Below the pieces are notes generated by a model. It was given only the letters and a program-made list of their open reading frames with translations. It was not told the origin of the DNA and made no database searches. This document shows positions 37,801-51,700 of a DNA stretch of 64,000 nucleotides, one piece after another; position 1 is the first letter of the stretch, and each line of letters starts with the position of its first letter. Source of the DNA: Antedon mediterranea. Its lineage: Eukaryota; Animalia; Echinodermata. The translations under genes and the position numbers were made by a program. Location of the stretch: NCBI RefSeq assembly GCF_964355755.1, contig NC_092672.1:36772437-36836436 (forward strand), in the 5' to 3' direction.

Positions 37801-40800
37801 GGTTGTGTAATGCTGGGATACTGGTGGCTTTGACAATCATTATCTATCGCTCTGTCTACACTCAAACTTTATGTGACAACAAAATGTGATGTGTCCATAT
37901 ATGGACATGATGAGTCATATCACTACCATATATGGGAATATCACTACCATATATATGGGAATATCACTACCATATTTGGGCACATCCAGTTTGATAGTGT
38001 AGACAGAGCCACATTCAAGTCAACAGATGATTTAGATTCATGTCTTTGTTGTGAATTATACTTTAATAGACATTGGAAATCATGGCAAAATCAATATAAA
38101 TTATATAGTTCATTGTATACAGACTAGTTGACTAATCTGTTTTAATAAAATGATTCGTACAGTACTTTTAAACATTCATCTTCAGATCTTACTTATGGCG
38201 CAAAATTATATACTTTTTTTAGAATTATTATTAACCATTAGCAAACTTTGTGAGACTATCTTTAAATATTATGATCGATCTGATTTCAACAAAGCAGGCT
38301 TTTCTAGATTATGACTATAAAACACAATAGCCTGGTATACATAGCCAACACTACATTCTGCATAACTAAGTTAGTTAGCTTTAAATTATTATTTTATCCT
38401 ACCAGCACCTTTTTCCAGAAATAAATCTAAAAGAACTTAAAATGCAGATGTGTTTGTCATTACTGAAATATGGCCAAGATATCTATCCATATGTTGGTCT
38501 TCAAGTAGAATTAGGGTAGAAATTATAACAATTCAGGTGTACTTTGTCTGCGACTAGACTTTGGTTGCATTACCCTAGGCAGACGCTTACTGTACCACCA
38601 TTTCTGGGTAAAAGTTCACTTTCTAAAACCAACCTAATTCTACCAACCAATCTAAAATTCAGATATTAAAAACCAAGGGCCTACATTTGTTTTCATACAT
38701 TGAAACCTGTGTAATCAATTTTATTTTTTTAATTTTCTAGGTGTACATGTAACTGTAACTAATATGTTTGCTATACTACTATAGTACAGTCAACTCTCCC
38801 AAGATTGGACACCCTTGGGCTGGCAAAATATGTCTGGTTTTTTAGAAGTCTGAATGTGCTTTTAATAGTAATAAAGAATTTGGGACCATTTGGACCTAAA
38901 CAAAAATTCTGGAACAGTTTACAGTACCGTTTCCACAGAGAGTTGACTGTATTACAATCTGGTAAAATCTATGATATAAGATATCTGTATTCAATAATCC
39001 AAATCCAACTTCTAACACATGAATTCAATTTTGCATATAATTGTCTTAATATGAAAATGATATATTGCATCTGTATGCTAGGTTACAAATGGCTAAAAGG
39101 GGTCATCATGCCACAGTAATGACACATACAAATGTTAACACACACACAAAACAACATGAAGTAATATTTATGGTGTTGTATGTAGAAAAGGGAAAAAATG
39201 TATTATTGAAAAAAATATGAAATATAACTATATGGTAATTCCTTGTTATCAAATAGATGTCATGGTTTTGTAATGCGAATACCTAGATATCTTAAAACTA
39301 TTTAATTTTTAGTCAATCATTTGGGTGAAAATCACCATTTTTCCACAGGTAGAAACATTATTTTATGTTAATTTGATATCGTTACAAATGTTACAAATAC
39401 TTACTTAAAATGTTCTCAAATGCTTCTATTTAAACGATCTTGTAAGATCATAGATTTAAAATTAAGCATTCATAACCATAAAATGATTCCATAATACATT
39501 TTTAGGTAAATCCTGTCTTGTTGTCAATTTCTGACTTTGCAGGATAGATGGAAATTTTGAATATAATACAAGTTAGGATTTACCTTAAAATAATAATAAT
39601 TATTATTATTATTATTATTGAAATCTGTTGAAACTTTTCCATAAAATGATTCTTAAGCTCCATCTACACTATCAAACAAGTTTGACAAAAAAAAAATGTG
39701 ATGTTCCCAAATATGGTAGAGATATGCCCAAATATGGTAGTAATATGACATCATGATTCTTACCTGTCAGCATCTTTGTCAGTTGACACAGAGCAGTCCT
39801 TCCATACTTGGTCCGCTAGACTTCTAGCTATGGCAGTAGGTGACATGTCAATGTCTATGTTGCCTGCCATATCATGTGCGGCCGCTGTGTAGTTGTTGGT
39901 CTGCACTGTTATCTTGGCCTCACCCGAGATTTGCTGCTCCGATGGCGGGGAGGTCGGTGGGGTCAAAGTGCAAGCTGGAAAATCAATATAACAAATAAAT
40001 AATGAAGAATTGTATAGAGTCACCTTTTCTTTTGTGCTGAATTTTATGCTTTATCGTTTGCATTAAGATTCAAGATTGAAGATTATTTATTCATCCAAAA
40101 TAAACTGGAACTATTTCAATTCAGTTCAATACTCATCATTTTGTAACCGCTGTGAAATGTAAATTCAAACTGAGGACGATCAAAGAATATTGAAAATATA
40201 TAATATTGAAATATCAAGAAACTTAACAGTTCTTTTCAGAACTATACGTGGTGCAGGCCCGTAGCCAGGGGTTTTATTGTTCAGACGTTGACATTTTAAA
40301 AATCTGGATCCTCCTATGTGAAATGTGCCTGGAAATTCTACGTATTGCGGTGCACTTAATAACCTTCTAAATATAAATGCAATGTGTTTACTTACGTAGT
40401 GGGCCTACAGGTAGCTTTGGAGGAATGCCAGTTTGTGAGTAGGAAGCCATAGAGGGTTGTGGCTGATTTGGTATCTCAACATTATGCTGAACCACAACGT
40501 AATTGGATGGGTATAACATCTTTACACCACCTGTAAGAGAAACAAAATTGTTAAAATAAAGCATTTTTAGCTGCTTATAACTATTGCTTTGAAATTGTTA
40601 ATTCTCTTTCATAACATACCAAAATAAATCCATTTTGCCCAAAAATTAGATCGGAAAAATTAAAAGCAAAAAATGCTAGACAATTGGTTTTTTGTTTACA
40701 AAATGGCCCATTCAAAATCTGATTTATCTATTCATTTTTCATGTTTTTGGTGCATCTTTCCATCTGCACCTATTGGAAAATGGTTGTAGACCTAAGCACA

Positions 40801-43800
40801 GTAGTGTATAAGATTATGTATTAAGTAGTGTAATACATAAAGAGTGTTGACAAGTTTGAGGAGAATTCACTTGAAAATAGCAGAATATAATTTGCACCTT
40901 GTACGAGGAATTTAACAACTTGCATAGTACTTGAGATACAGTACTGTAGTCCACTGAGACTAGTGTATAGAGTGCATACAAACATGATGTATCATAGCCT
41001 AGTACCTAAATACAGTATCACATGTGACTACTGTAATCTGCACTTTGAGACTAGTGTATACAGTTGAGTGCATACAAACAGTATGTATCATAACCAAGTA
41101 CCTAAATACAGTATCACATGTGACTAAGTAAAAATCTGCAGACTTCCAATTTTATCCAAAAGACAAAAACATCTTTATATTTTTTTTATTCAATATCATA
41201 AATGACAGTTATGTCTAAATATAAAATTTCAAATTATCTGAGAAAGATAAAAAAAAAAGCAGAACTCTACCATAAGCATTTAACTTATTGAAAGCTTGAC
41301 AAGCTATTGCATGACATTTAAGAAGCGTCTGTGATATCCAATGTGATTTAAAGAGATCTGATCTATAACTAGCAGATCTAACTGACATTTTAAATGCAAC
41401 ATGACATGTAATGGTCATTAGAAAGGATCTGATATTACAAATGTCTTAGCATAATGTATTGCAATTAGGATATTAGTTTTTGCTATACAAATTTTCTTCT
41501 TAAAAATGTTAGCCGTTTGGCTAGAGATTTTACGGCTAATGTCGGAACAATACCATATAAAAATTGAATTTTACCTTCTTAATGCACTTTTTTTTAATTA
41601 AATAAAAAAAATAATAAGTATAATTAATTACTATTTTATTTTATAATTTGTTTTAAAATTTATTAAATTAAAATACAGTCAAAGATAATTAGCTAAAAAA
41701 ACAGAAATTATTATTTATTAATATAATTAAAGTAAAATTAATATACAATTTATACAAATTTAATGAACATTTAAATATTTAAGATTTACCTAAAAATAAT
41801 AATGATATGCCAAAATATGACAATAATATGCCTAAATATGACATTGATATGACCAAATATGATAATGGTATGACCAAATATGATAATGATATGCCTAAAT
41901 ATGACAATAATATGCCTAAATATGACAATGATATGACCAAATATGACAATGATATGACCAAATATGATAATGGTATGACATACTTAAGTATGGAAATTAT
42001 ATGCTTAATATATGATAATTATGTACCAAATATGACTTGAATATAGAAATAGCATTTCCTAATCATAATGCTCTTTTCCAACTTACTGTATGTTCTAAGT
42101 ATCCCATGTTAAATCTAATTTTGTCAAATTTGTAACAAAAATGTGTAGTTTGTATGAAGATTTACATGTGGATTACTATAGAGTACATTAAGTTACTTAT
42201 ACAGTAATTTGACATATGGCAGAACTTTTCTGAGTTGATCCCTGAGTGTAGGTTGATTTCACACAGAATGCTAAAGATAAGACTATCCCAATTAGGCAAA
42301 TTGTTCAATGCGACAAGAGTGAACGATTATGTTATAAATGCACATGACAATGACATTATATATTTATTTTATTAAATTTAAATGTTTAAAAAGTGCTCAC
42401 ATAATGATTGTTTTGCTGATAATATTAAATAATGATTTTGATATTTATTTCAATTTGTAAAATTATATTACTGTACTTTTAGAATTAATTTATTCTTAAG
42501 AAATTGGTGGATGCCTTTTGACTGAAATTGAATTAATGTGTAATATGATTATCATTATTCTTAAAATATAATTTTATTAATATAAATCTTTGTTTATGTT
42601 AACTTTATATTCTAATTATTATTTAATTAAAACATTTATAAGCACAAACTTATAATATAATCGTTTGTCCTTTAGAATGAAAAGGTAATTTGCATAACCG
42701 AATAAAAATCAGCAGCCACAGATAATATGGCGTTAAGCACTTTGCTGGCGTGACCTAGATTTACCAATCTACCTGTGCTCTCATCTGAGTAGAATGTGAG
42801 CAATGTCACGCTGTCATAGTCATCAACCGTGTATCACATTAATTTCTACTAACACAACGGTGTGTTTAATTTTGTTGTACTGTCATTTGGTCTAAGTAAG
42901 CATTAGGGTTCTGTCTAAGTAAGCATTAGTGTTCTGTCTAAGTAAGCATTAGTGTTCTGTCTAAGTAAGCATTAGTGTTTGGTCTAGGTAAGCATTAGTG
43001 TTCTGTCTAAGTAAGCATTAGTGTTTTATCTACGTAAGCATTACTGTTTGGTCAAAGGAATCACTAGTGTTCTGTCTAAGTAAGCATTAGTGTTTTATCT
43101 ACGTAAGCATTACTGTTTGCTCAAAGGAATCACTAGTGTTCTGTCTAAGTAAGCATTAGTGTTTGGTCTAGGTAAGCATTAGTGTTCTGTCTAAGTAAGC
43201 ATTAGTGTTTGGTCTAAGGAATCACTTGTGTTCTGTCTAAGTAAGCATTAGTGTTTTATCTACGTAACCATTACTGTTCTGTCTAAGTAAGCATTAGTGT
43301 TCTGTCTAAGTAAGCATTAGTGTTCTGTCTAAGTAAGCATTAGTGTTTGGTCTAAGGAATCATAAGTGTTCTGTCTAAGTAAGCATTAGTGTTCTGTCTA
43401 AGTAAGCATTAGTGTTTTATCTACGTAAGCATTAGTGTTTGGTAAGCATATCTTGTGTTCTGTCTAAGGAATCACTAGTGTTCTGTTTAAGTAAGCACTA
43501 GTGTTTGGTCTAAGTAAGCATTAGTGTTTAGTCTAAGCAAGCATTGGTGTTCTGTCTAAGTAATCATTAGTGTTCTATCTAAGTAAACATTAGTGTTTGT
43601 TTTAAGGAATCACTAGGGTTCTGTCTAAGTAAGCATTAGTGTTCTGTCTAAGTAACCATTGGTGTTTTGTCTTAGGAATCACTAGTATTCTGTCTAAGTA
43701 AGAACTAGTGTTCTGTCTAAAGTAACCATTTGCCTTAAGTAAGCAGTTTTACTGGGTTTAATGCAAATTAATACTACACCTCCCATGTTCAAAGATCTAC

Positions 43801-45727
43801 ATGATAATTATAACATTTCAGCCAAGCTTTAACGTCAGTATGTCTGTTGAACCGAACCATAATTCAATTGTTTTTACTTTACGCCAGAGGTTACACATGA
43901 GTGAGAAACACAATCTTACTAGAATAATACTGAAAACCAATAAAAAAATATGTTTATTGGTCTCTATAGAAAAATAAATACATAATCTAACAATCAATAT
44001 AGCTAGCTGGCAAATTGACAATTTTGTTCTTGAAACCGGAAAAGACTGTGTAGAAAATGAAAAGATGCAAGATTCCAAAGAAGGAATTATTTCCCACATT
44101 TATCACAATTTTAAATTTTGTACATGGTTTAAAAAGAAATCTTAAAATAAAAATGGTACTGGGATCACACACAATTAATTTGGTTATAAAGAGTGTTGTG
44201 GCAATCCATCGGGACAAAGAAAATCAATAATAATGAAATAAATAAAGGAATAATTGTGTATAAAATCGAAATTATATAGCTTTCTTTCAAACTAAAAACT
44301 TTTATGAGGTTTGTATCTCTATCTAATAGCTTGAAAAGCAATCGTACTAAGTGGAATAAGAATGACAAAGCATATGAGAATTTCAGTAATTACTCTGATC
44401 AAGGAGGATAATGTAGAACAATACTTAAACCATTACAATTAGCTTACAAACCTAACATACTAGACATATCACACTAAATCAATATTTTAGTAAAATTTGC
44501 GAAAAGGGACAGTAGTTCTTAAACCTGCGCAAACCCCCGCAAAACCACTTAATATTGATTATATCACAACTAGAACCATAAAAGGAGACAATATTTGAAA
44601 AAAATATTATTTAAATTGCTTTATATTATTATGAAATCCTTAAGACAAGACATAAAAGTCTGGTTTTCTGCAAGGGCTGGCTTTTAGGATGCATAATTTA
44701 TTAAAAGATAAATTGTTTGAATTTTAACATCCAGTTGTCAGTGAATGTGGTTAAGTAGAATTAGAAAGATAGTAAAGTAGTTTAGTAGTTATAATTGAAA
44801 TGTTGAAAAATTAAAAACGACAATGTACTGTAGCTTGGTGCTCATTTTATAATCACATATTGAGATTAGATGCAGTGCACATATTACTGTATATGACAAA
44901 GTATAATCATGCCCCTTGAGTTAGGATAAGTTCATACAAAAATAATAATGATACTGATAGTAATAATTATTGAAAATTTATAAAGCACTCCCGAGTCTCA
45001 ATCAAAGCGCAACATGAAAAGAACAACTATTAAAATAGGTGAGTTTTCAGGAGAGATTGAATTCAAAAGGAAGTGGAGTGTAATGGATGGAACGAGGAAG
45101 TTGGTTCCAGATCTCTGGATGCCTGAGCAAAGAAGCCCTTTGGCACAGATTTTAGGTTGATTCTAGGTGATGTTAAAATAAGAGGATCCGTTTCAGAATT
45201 AAGACCTCTGTGTAGTGGGACATATCCATTGTTAATACTGTACTGTACACTCCCTGATCTTCGCAAAGTTTGTACCCAACCCCCTCGGACAATATTCGGT
45301 CTGGTTTCTGAAATGTGAAAAAGAAATAAAATGTGAACTGACCGACAAGAACTTCAACTACAGCTGGCGTGACGTTGCTACCGTCTCCGTCCACTTCTTC
45401 CTTTATGCCGGGAGCAAAGGGGAAGAACTGCTTCCAATCGGAAAGAACCTTCATGCCGTACTGGTCATCAGCTTTGTAATACTGTCCAGTCAGAATACCA
45501 GCAAGACCATACGGACAAAGAATCACTGTACAAGATATAAATGAAGAAACATTTTAAAAGCACCACAGTGGTATTAAATATTATGTTAATGTACAGCACT
45601 ATGTAATCATGTAATGTAATCAACAGTGAGTGGCCGAGCGGTTAACACAGTGGAACCGTAATTACGTAGCCATAACATCGGCAGGGGTTCGAGGCTCACT
45701 CACTCCATGGTTCTGGTGGTAGAACAA

Positions 45728-45761
<34 letters not shown>

Positions 45762-48700
45762 AGTGTAGCTCATGTGCACTTTTTAAAGAACCTAGTACAT
45801 CTTTCGAGACAAGTAGAGGGTTACCCTGGTGTACTAGTACATCACAGCCACTGATCACCAACTGGGCCCTCTGGGAGACCAGTCTTTGACTGAAGAGGTT
45901 GCCCAGTATAAATATTAATAAATAAACAACACTTATTGTAAATATGTACACGTGTTATATTGGTCAACACATTCAATGTCATTGATTGATGAAATAGTGC
46001 CTAAATTACTCTAATTAGACCATCTGACCTTTATAAGTAAAAGTATCTGACCATTATTAGACCATCTGACCCTTGTTAGAGAATCTGACCCTTATTAGAA
46101 TATCTGACCGTTGTTAGAATATCTGGCCATTATTAGATTTTATCTGACCCTTATTAGAGTAACTGACCTTAGAGTATCCGACTCTAGTTAGATTTTATCT
46201 GACCCTTATTAGAGTAACTGACCCTAGAGTATCTGACTCTAGTTAGATTTTATCTGACCCTTATTAGAGTAACTGACCCTAGAGTATCGGACTCTAGTTA
46301 GATTTTATCTGCCCCTTATTAGAGAATCTGACCGTTACTATAGAATCTGACCCTAGTTAGAGTATCAGACCATTATTAGACCATCTGATCCTTGTTAGAG
46401 TATCTGACCCTTATTAGGTGATTCAACCCTTATTACAGGATGAAACCTTATAAGATGATCAGATCATTTTAAACATGTAATTTAGACGATCTTCATTAGT
46501 GTGAAAATTAAATTTATAAATGTATTAGTAATTACTAACCTTGAAAATCGGTGGATGATTCTAGAGCTGCGTTGATATGGTACATACCAAGATGGTGAAT
46601 GGGATGGTGCTGGTTAATGGCGACCGCGGTGCACACGGTACTCTCACCATGAAGGAAGAATGAGAAAGATACAGACAGATGGTCCCTGTAGCAAAGACAA
46701 AACAAGTGTCATGATTTAATTACACATTAACAATAGTGTTGGGTAGTGTATTGAGTGCCTTTTACAGTTGGATCAAGGTAGTATAACAACAGGATGCTGA
46801 GCTCCAGAGATCAAAGGGTTCATCTGTGGCTACAACAAGTCAGTTCTACCTGCGCGCCTCAGAGAATTATGTACATAGTGTACAGTACTGTTGGTATTTG
46901 TCGCAGCCAGACATAAGATCAAAGGACTGTTACGGAGTTCTTATCTTGGCAAGGCGAGCTCAGTGTCCTGTTGTTAGATTGCCTTGTTTGGATAAACATC
47001 CGCCTTCCGCCATCTCATCACACAAGATGCCTCAAGAAATAATGACGCTCTGTTGGGATATTCCACTAACGGGCGCGGACTGTCCCACTTCCAAAAGGTG
47101 CATTTCAACTAAAAATTAATTTTGTAATTGGAAAAAAAAATGTTTAGCCTATGTTGTTTATCGATCACACGAAATAGACGCAATGTTTTTGTTCTTTTCA
47201 TTGTTTCAAAATTGTTACCAAACTTAGAGCTCAGCTCCTTGAATGCAAATCTCCTTTGTAGTAGTATATTAATTATCACCATGCTGGCAAAACACTGCCT
47301 GCTTCCTTGTGCTGAACCTAACCCTCGGTGCACAACTCGGTGATCTGAACGCAAGGATAATGATCTGAAAGGTTGTGTGTTCAAGTCCCAAATGATAATG
47401 TGTGTTCTCAAATGTGCATTCAGTTGGAATTAAGAGAGATTACGGGAAAAACATCTGATCAATTAACTTATCTCCCTGATGCAAAGCTACTGTACATTGC
47501 AACATACAAATTCAATTATCAACATCAACTGGAGGTGCAACTGGAATGTGTACGCATTTAATAAAGTAAATTTATTTAAAAGTCAATTATTTGCTTATAA
47601 CAGTAGGTTTTCAATGTCTAAAATGTTACACAAATTGTTGTTTAATTGTTAGTTTTGCGTCTGGGGATTATTGTTTCATTTTTATTGAGTGGGTTTAGTT
47701 ATTACTGTACGAGTCCAAAACAAAAAGTGTATAGTCACCAGTTACCATTTACATGTGCACCAAAGAAAACTGAACACTTCTAATTTCAATTCTTTAAACG
47801 GAATAATATCCAGGAGTAGTCATAAGGCTAAAAAAGGATTGGTCATGAAACTAATAATTTTGGATTAATTGATTAATATATTGATTGATCTCTTTATTTC
47901 AGAATAAATATTCCATATACAACAAATACAATATTAAAATAGGATTTTTTTCCATTTAGTGAATAATACATTTTTTTTAAACATAAAACTGGGATTATAA
48001 TCTGAATATCATTAAAATAACACATTATTTAATAACATTAATAATATTCATACTACTACAGCACATGAATAATGTAATCAGAGCTTATTCATATAATTCA
48101 GTTGATACAACAAACTGCAATTTCGTTAGTAATACCAGGTCAAAGGTCAGAGGAGAAAGACCATACAGTACTGTATAATTTATACTAACGCCATTTATTA
48201 TCCAATTTGTATTCTAATAATACAATATTCTTAGAATGATTCAAAAATCATAAATAATTATTTAAGTGGAAAGCCTACCATTAATAAAAAAACCAGTTTA
48301 AACTATTTATGTTGGTCATCGCCTTAGTCAATCATAATAAAATGTTGCGAATTTTTTTTCATCATAATTTTATCGTGAAAAAGTTTTAATCATGACATAT
48401 AATATATTCCTAATTGAATATTTCTATACAGACATATAAATTTGGAGAATAAAGTCGGCAGTAAAGACGGTACAATTATAAAAGGAAGACCAAGGATCAA
48501 GTAAGGATATGGTAAAATAGGGAAAGAGCAGTTCAGACACTTTTAGCCTTGAACCTTGTCAAACAAGTAGTTTCTGTAAGGGATGATCTTAGAAATTCTA
48601 TCCTATACAAATTCTTAACACTTAATGAGCCATTAAATGTAAAATAATTTGCAAATAAAAATAATAAAAATATTTTGAAATGTTCAATAAAGAAAAGAAT

Positions 48701-51700
48701 TTTTTTTTTAAATTTGTATTTGTTTAATGTATTATTCGAAGGTCTGCTGATGGTGGAATATATACAGTACATGGAGAATACTATGTAATACCATGTACAA
48801 TGATGAACCACTACATGGAAGGATTGATGAGATTGGGTGAGCTTATGTATCAAGTCAATGTATGAGGTGCCATAAATAATAACACAGTCACCTACTCTTT
48901 ATCTCAAAATAAAATTACACATTAAAGACCAATATACACAGCCGATGGTAAGCAGTAACTGTAAGTTGAAAACATAGAATATGTTATTTCCTATGACTAT
49001 TTACACACGGAGTGAACGGGTGAAGCGGTATCCACTCGGCGTGGCGTGGGACAAGCTACACGGTTTTCCACTTACCATTACTGCTAGTCTGTGTAAATTG
49101 GCCTTAACAATGAACAGCTCTAATCAATTTCAAATTAATCTTGTATTAAATTGTCTCCCAAGTTTAATTACGCCCAATGAAATGCCCCGTTTCACACCTA
49201 TTAAGCCAACTGCAGAATGTGATGCATTGAGGAGATGTCTGGTAGATCACATGGATTTAATTGAGTAAAACAATTCCAGTTCATAATCATGATAGTAAAG
49301 TAATTAATCCAATGTTGTTTATAAAGAAATGCAAAAGCAGAGCAAACAGTACGACTGTTTGACTGTAATGTATCTAATCAGTGATTATTTGAGGCTATTT
49401 ACCCAAATCACAACACACATCACATACGTTAACAAATCTTTTCTCTTAAACATTAAATCACATAAGATATCATTTCACAAAACAACTACTGTCTTATGCA
49501 AAAATAAAATTAGGTCTTTTCAAAAGTACTGTATTTCACAGCCTCTTAACCCCAATGATATTGAATGCAATTGTGTTTTATCATTATAACTTAATACTAT
49601 TTGTTCAGTTAGTAGGAAGAAAGTGGGGAAAGGAGAGGAAATGGATAAAAAGAGGAAAGAAGGAATGGGCCAGAATAGATTTGATGAGAAAGATAGAGGA
49701 GGAAAAGAGAGAGTAGAGGGAGAAAAATAATGGAGGGAAAATAGAAGAGAGGAAAGAAAATTTAGAATTCAGAATTTCCATAAAACTGATATTCCATGAA
49801 AATAATGTGCTTTGTAAATTTTACAAAAACTACACACTGTGCAACTTGAATGGAAAACCAACAGGCCGAGTCATGAATAGAACAATGGATTTCTGACGGT
49901 TTAGTGATTCCACCCAAATCTGCATACTTGCGTATTATTGTCATGTGAAAAATTACATGCTTGACTGCTTTTACAAACAGGAAAAGCGGAATTCATAACT
50001 TAACTTTTATGCCAACTGAAACATAATTAATTTTCCAAAAAACAATTTGTAACAATTAATATATCATTTATTAATATAAGTACATTTAGTTAATTAAAAT
50101 ATACAGTGTATAACGAATGCTATAAATATGTTTGAAGATTTAAAAAACTGTACTATCATTTATGAAAATATATTTTTTTTAATGTATCTAAAGCTCTGTC
50201 TACACTATCAAACTTTATGTGGCAAAAAAATATGATGTGCCCATATATGGACATGATGTCATATCACTACCATATTTGGGTACAGTATATCACTGCAGTA
50301 TTTGGGCACATCACATTTTTTTGTAAAACTAGTTTGATAGTGTAGACAGAGCTTTATTCTATGCCAATTCAACAAAAATGAATTTTTAATATTTACGTTG
50401 TAACTGAGTATTTATCGCTGAATTATGTGTTAAAATTGAAACATACTGTACTGTATGTTGTGTGGCTGTACGATGTTTAAAGATACAAAATGGTTCCCAG
50501 AATCTAAAACTGACTTAACTTGTGTTATTAGATTTAAGGAATTAAATTAAACAGGCTATTACATATTAGTTTATCTCTTTAGCCACTCAGCAGATAATAT
50601 TTCCTTTTGGCAAAAAAAAAAAAAAATCTTCAGATTTGCAAACAGCAAGTTAATCATTATCATAAACAGAGTAATAATGCGTTGCACCATAAATTTGCAT
50701 AACACAGTGTCAATTGGCCAGAATCACAAGCAGACGACGATGAACGGTAAGGAGCAGACGACGTAATTAGGCATTACCATCAGCCAGTATTACTATTATT
50801 ACTGGTGGTATGATAGTGTTATAGTACCCAAGAATTTATCATTAAATATTCAGCAATAAGGCTTAATTACTAATAGGTTATTATTATTAGAATACAAAAT
50901 AAATACAAATAATGAATGTTTACGAGTGCAATTGGTAAAAAAAAATTTTCATGTGAAAATAGAAATTTCATCTTTCACCAGATTCAACTACTTTAACGAG
51001 AACCTAGGCTACCTGTTAAGCCCTAAATCATTCTAGAAAAAACCGATAGGATAGATCAAACATTACAAATACAGTACCACACACAATTTAGGGTATTTTT
51101 CCCTCAGGGCAGTCAAAATAATTTGCTAATAATACTCCAACATTTGAAATAAAAATTCCATAAAATATTTTACATACCAAATTTGTACATTCTTCAAAGT
51201 GGGAGAAGATGTTTTAATTATATTTTATAAAAGGCAAAATGTAAAAGGTACATTTATTATCTAAATTTCTGGTAAAGAATGATAAAATCAGTAATAAAAA
51301 AAACCCCAATTTTTATTTTAAAATGGCCAGAGAATTAGAATTCATAAAATCCATCTGTAAGTAACTACTGTACCATTGAAAGGTCTTGGGGAACGTGTTA
51401 GAAATTTAGTTTTAAATAATAACAAAGCAAAAATTAATCTATATATTGTTTTAAAAAAAGAAAATATTGGAAATAATTAGCTACAATTAGTTTACATTAT
51501 AAAAATAGAACCAAAATGGTATGTAATGAATATTGCTATTGAGCCAGCCAACTAGGAAAGTAAGAATGAATGCTGTAGTAGGTGGGTGATGGATCTCTGT
51601 ATCTCACATCACCACTTAAATATCTCAGAGTCTTTAATCTACAACTGATACAATGTCATTTATTACCATTTTAACATTCTTAGTTTGAATAAAATGAATG

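Noticed and set aside
43745-44400. Possible decayed LINE or other coding remnant
   Set aside because: Only a faint PPMFKDLH resemblance to LINE C-termini; the short ORFs have no recognisable domain.
45860-45910. Possible hammerhead ribozyme (CTGAAGA) in the SINE tail
   Set aside because: No correctly placed GAAA or three-stem core; it folds as a simple hairpin.
46960-47022. Possible C/D snoRNA (GTGATGA...CTGA on the minus strand)
   Set aside because: No terminal stem and no recognisable rRNA or snRNA antisense element.
47317-47326. CCTAACCCT as a telomerase RNA template near the structured island
   Set aside because: Template is short, and I could see no pseudoknot or terminal H/ACA domain.
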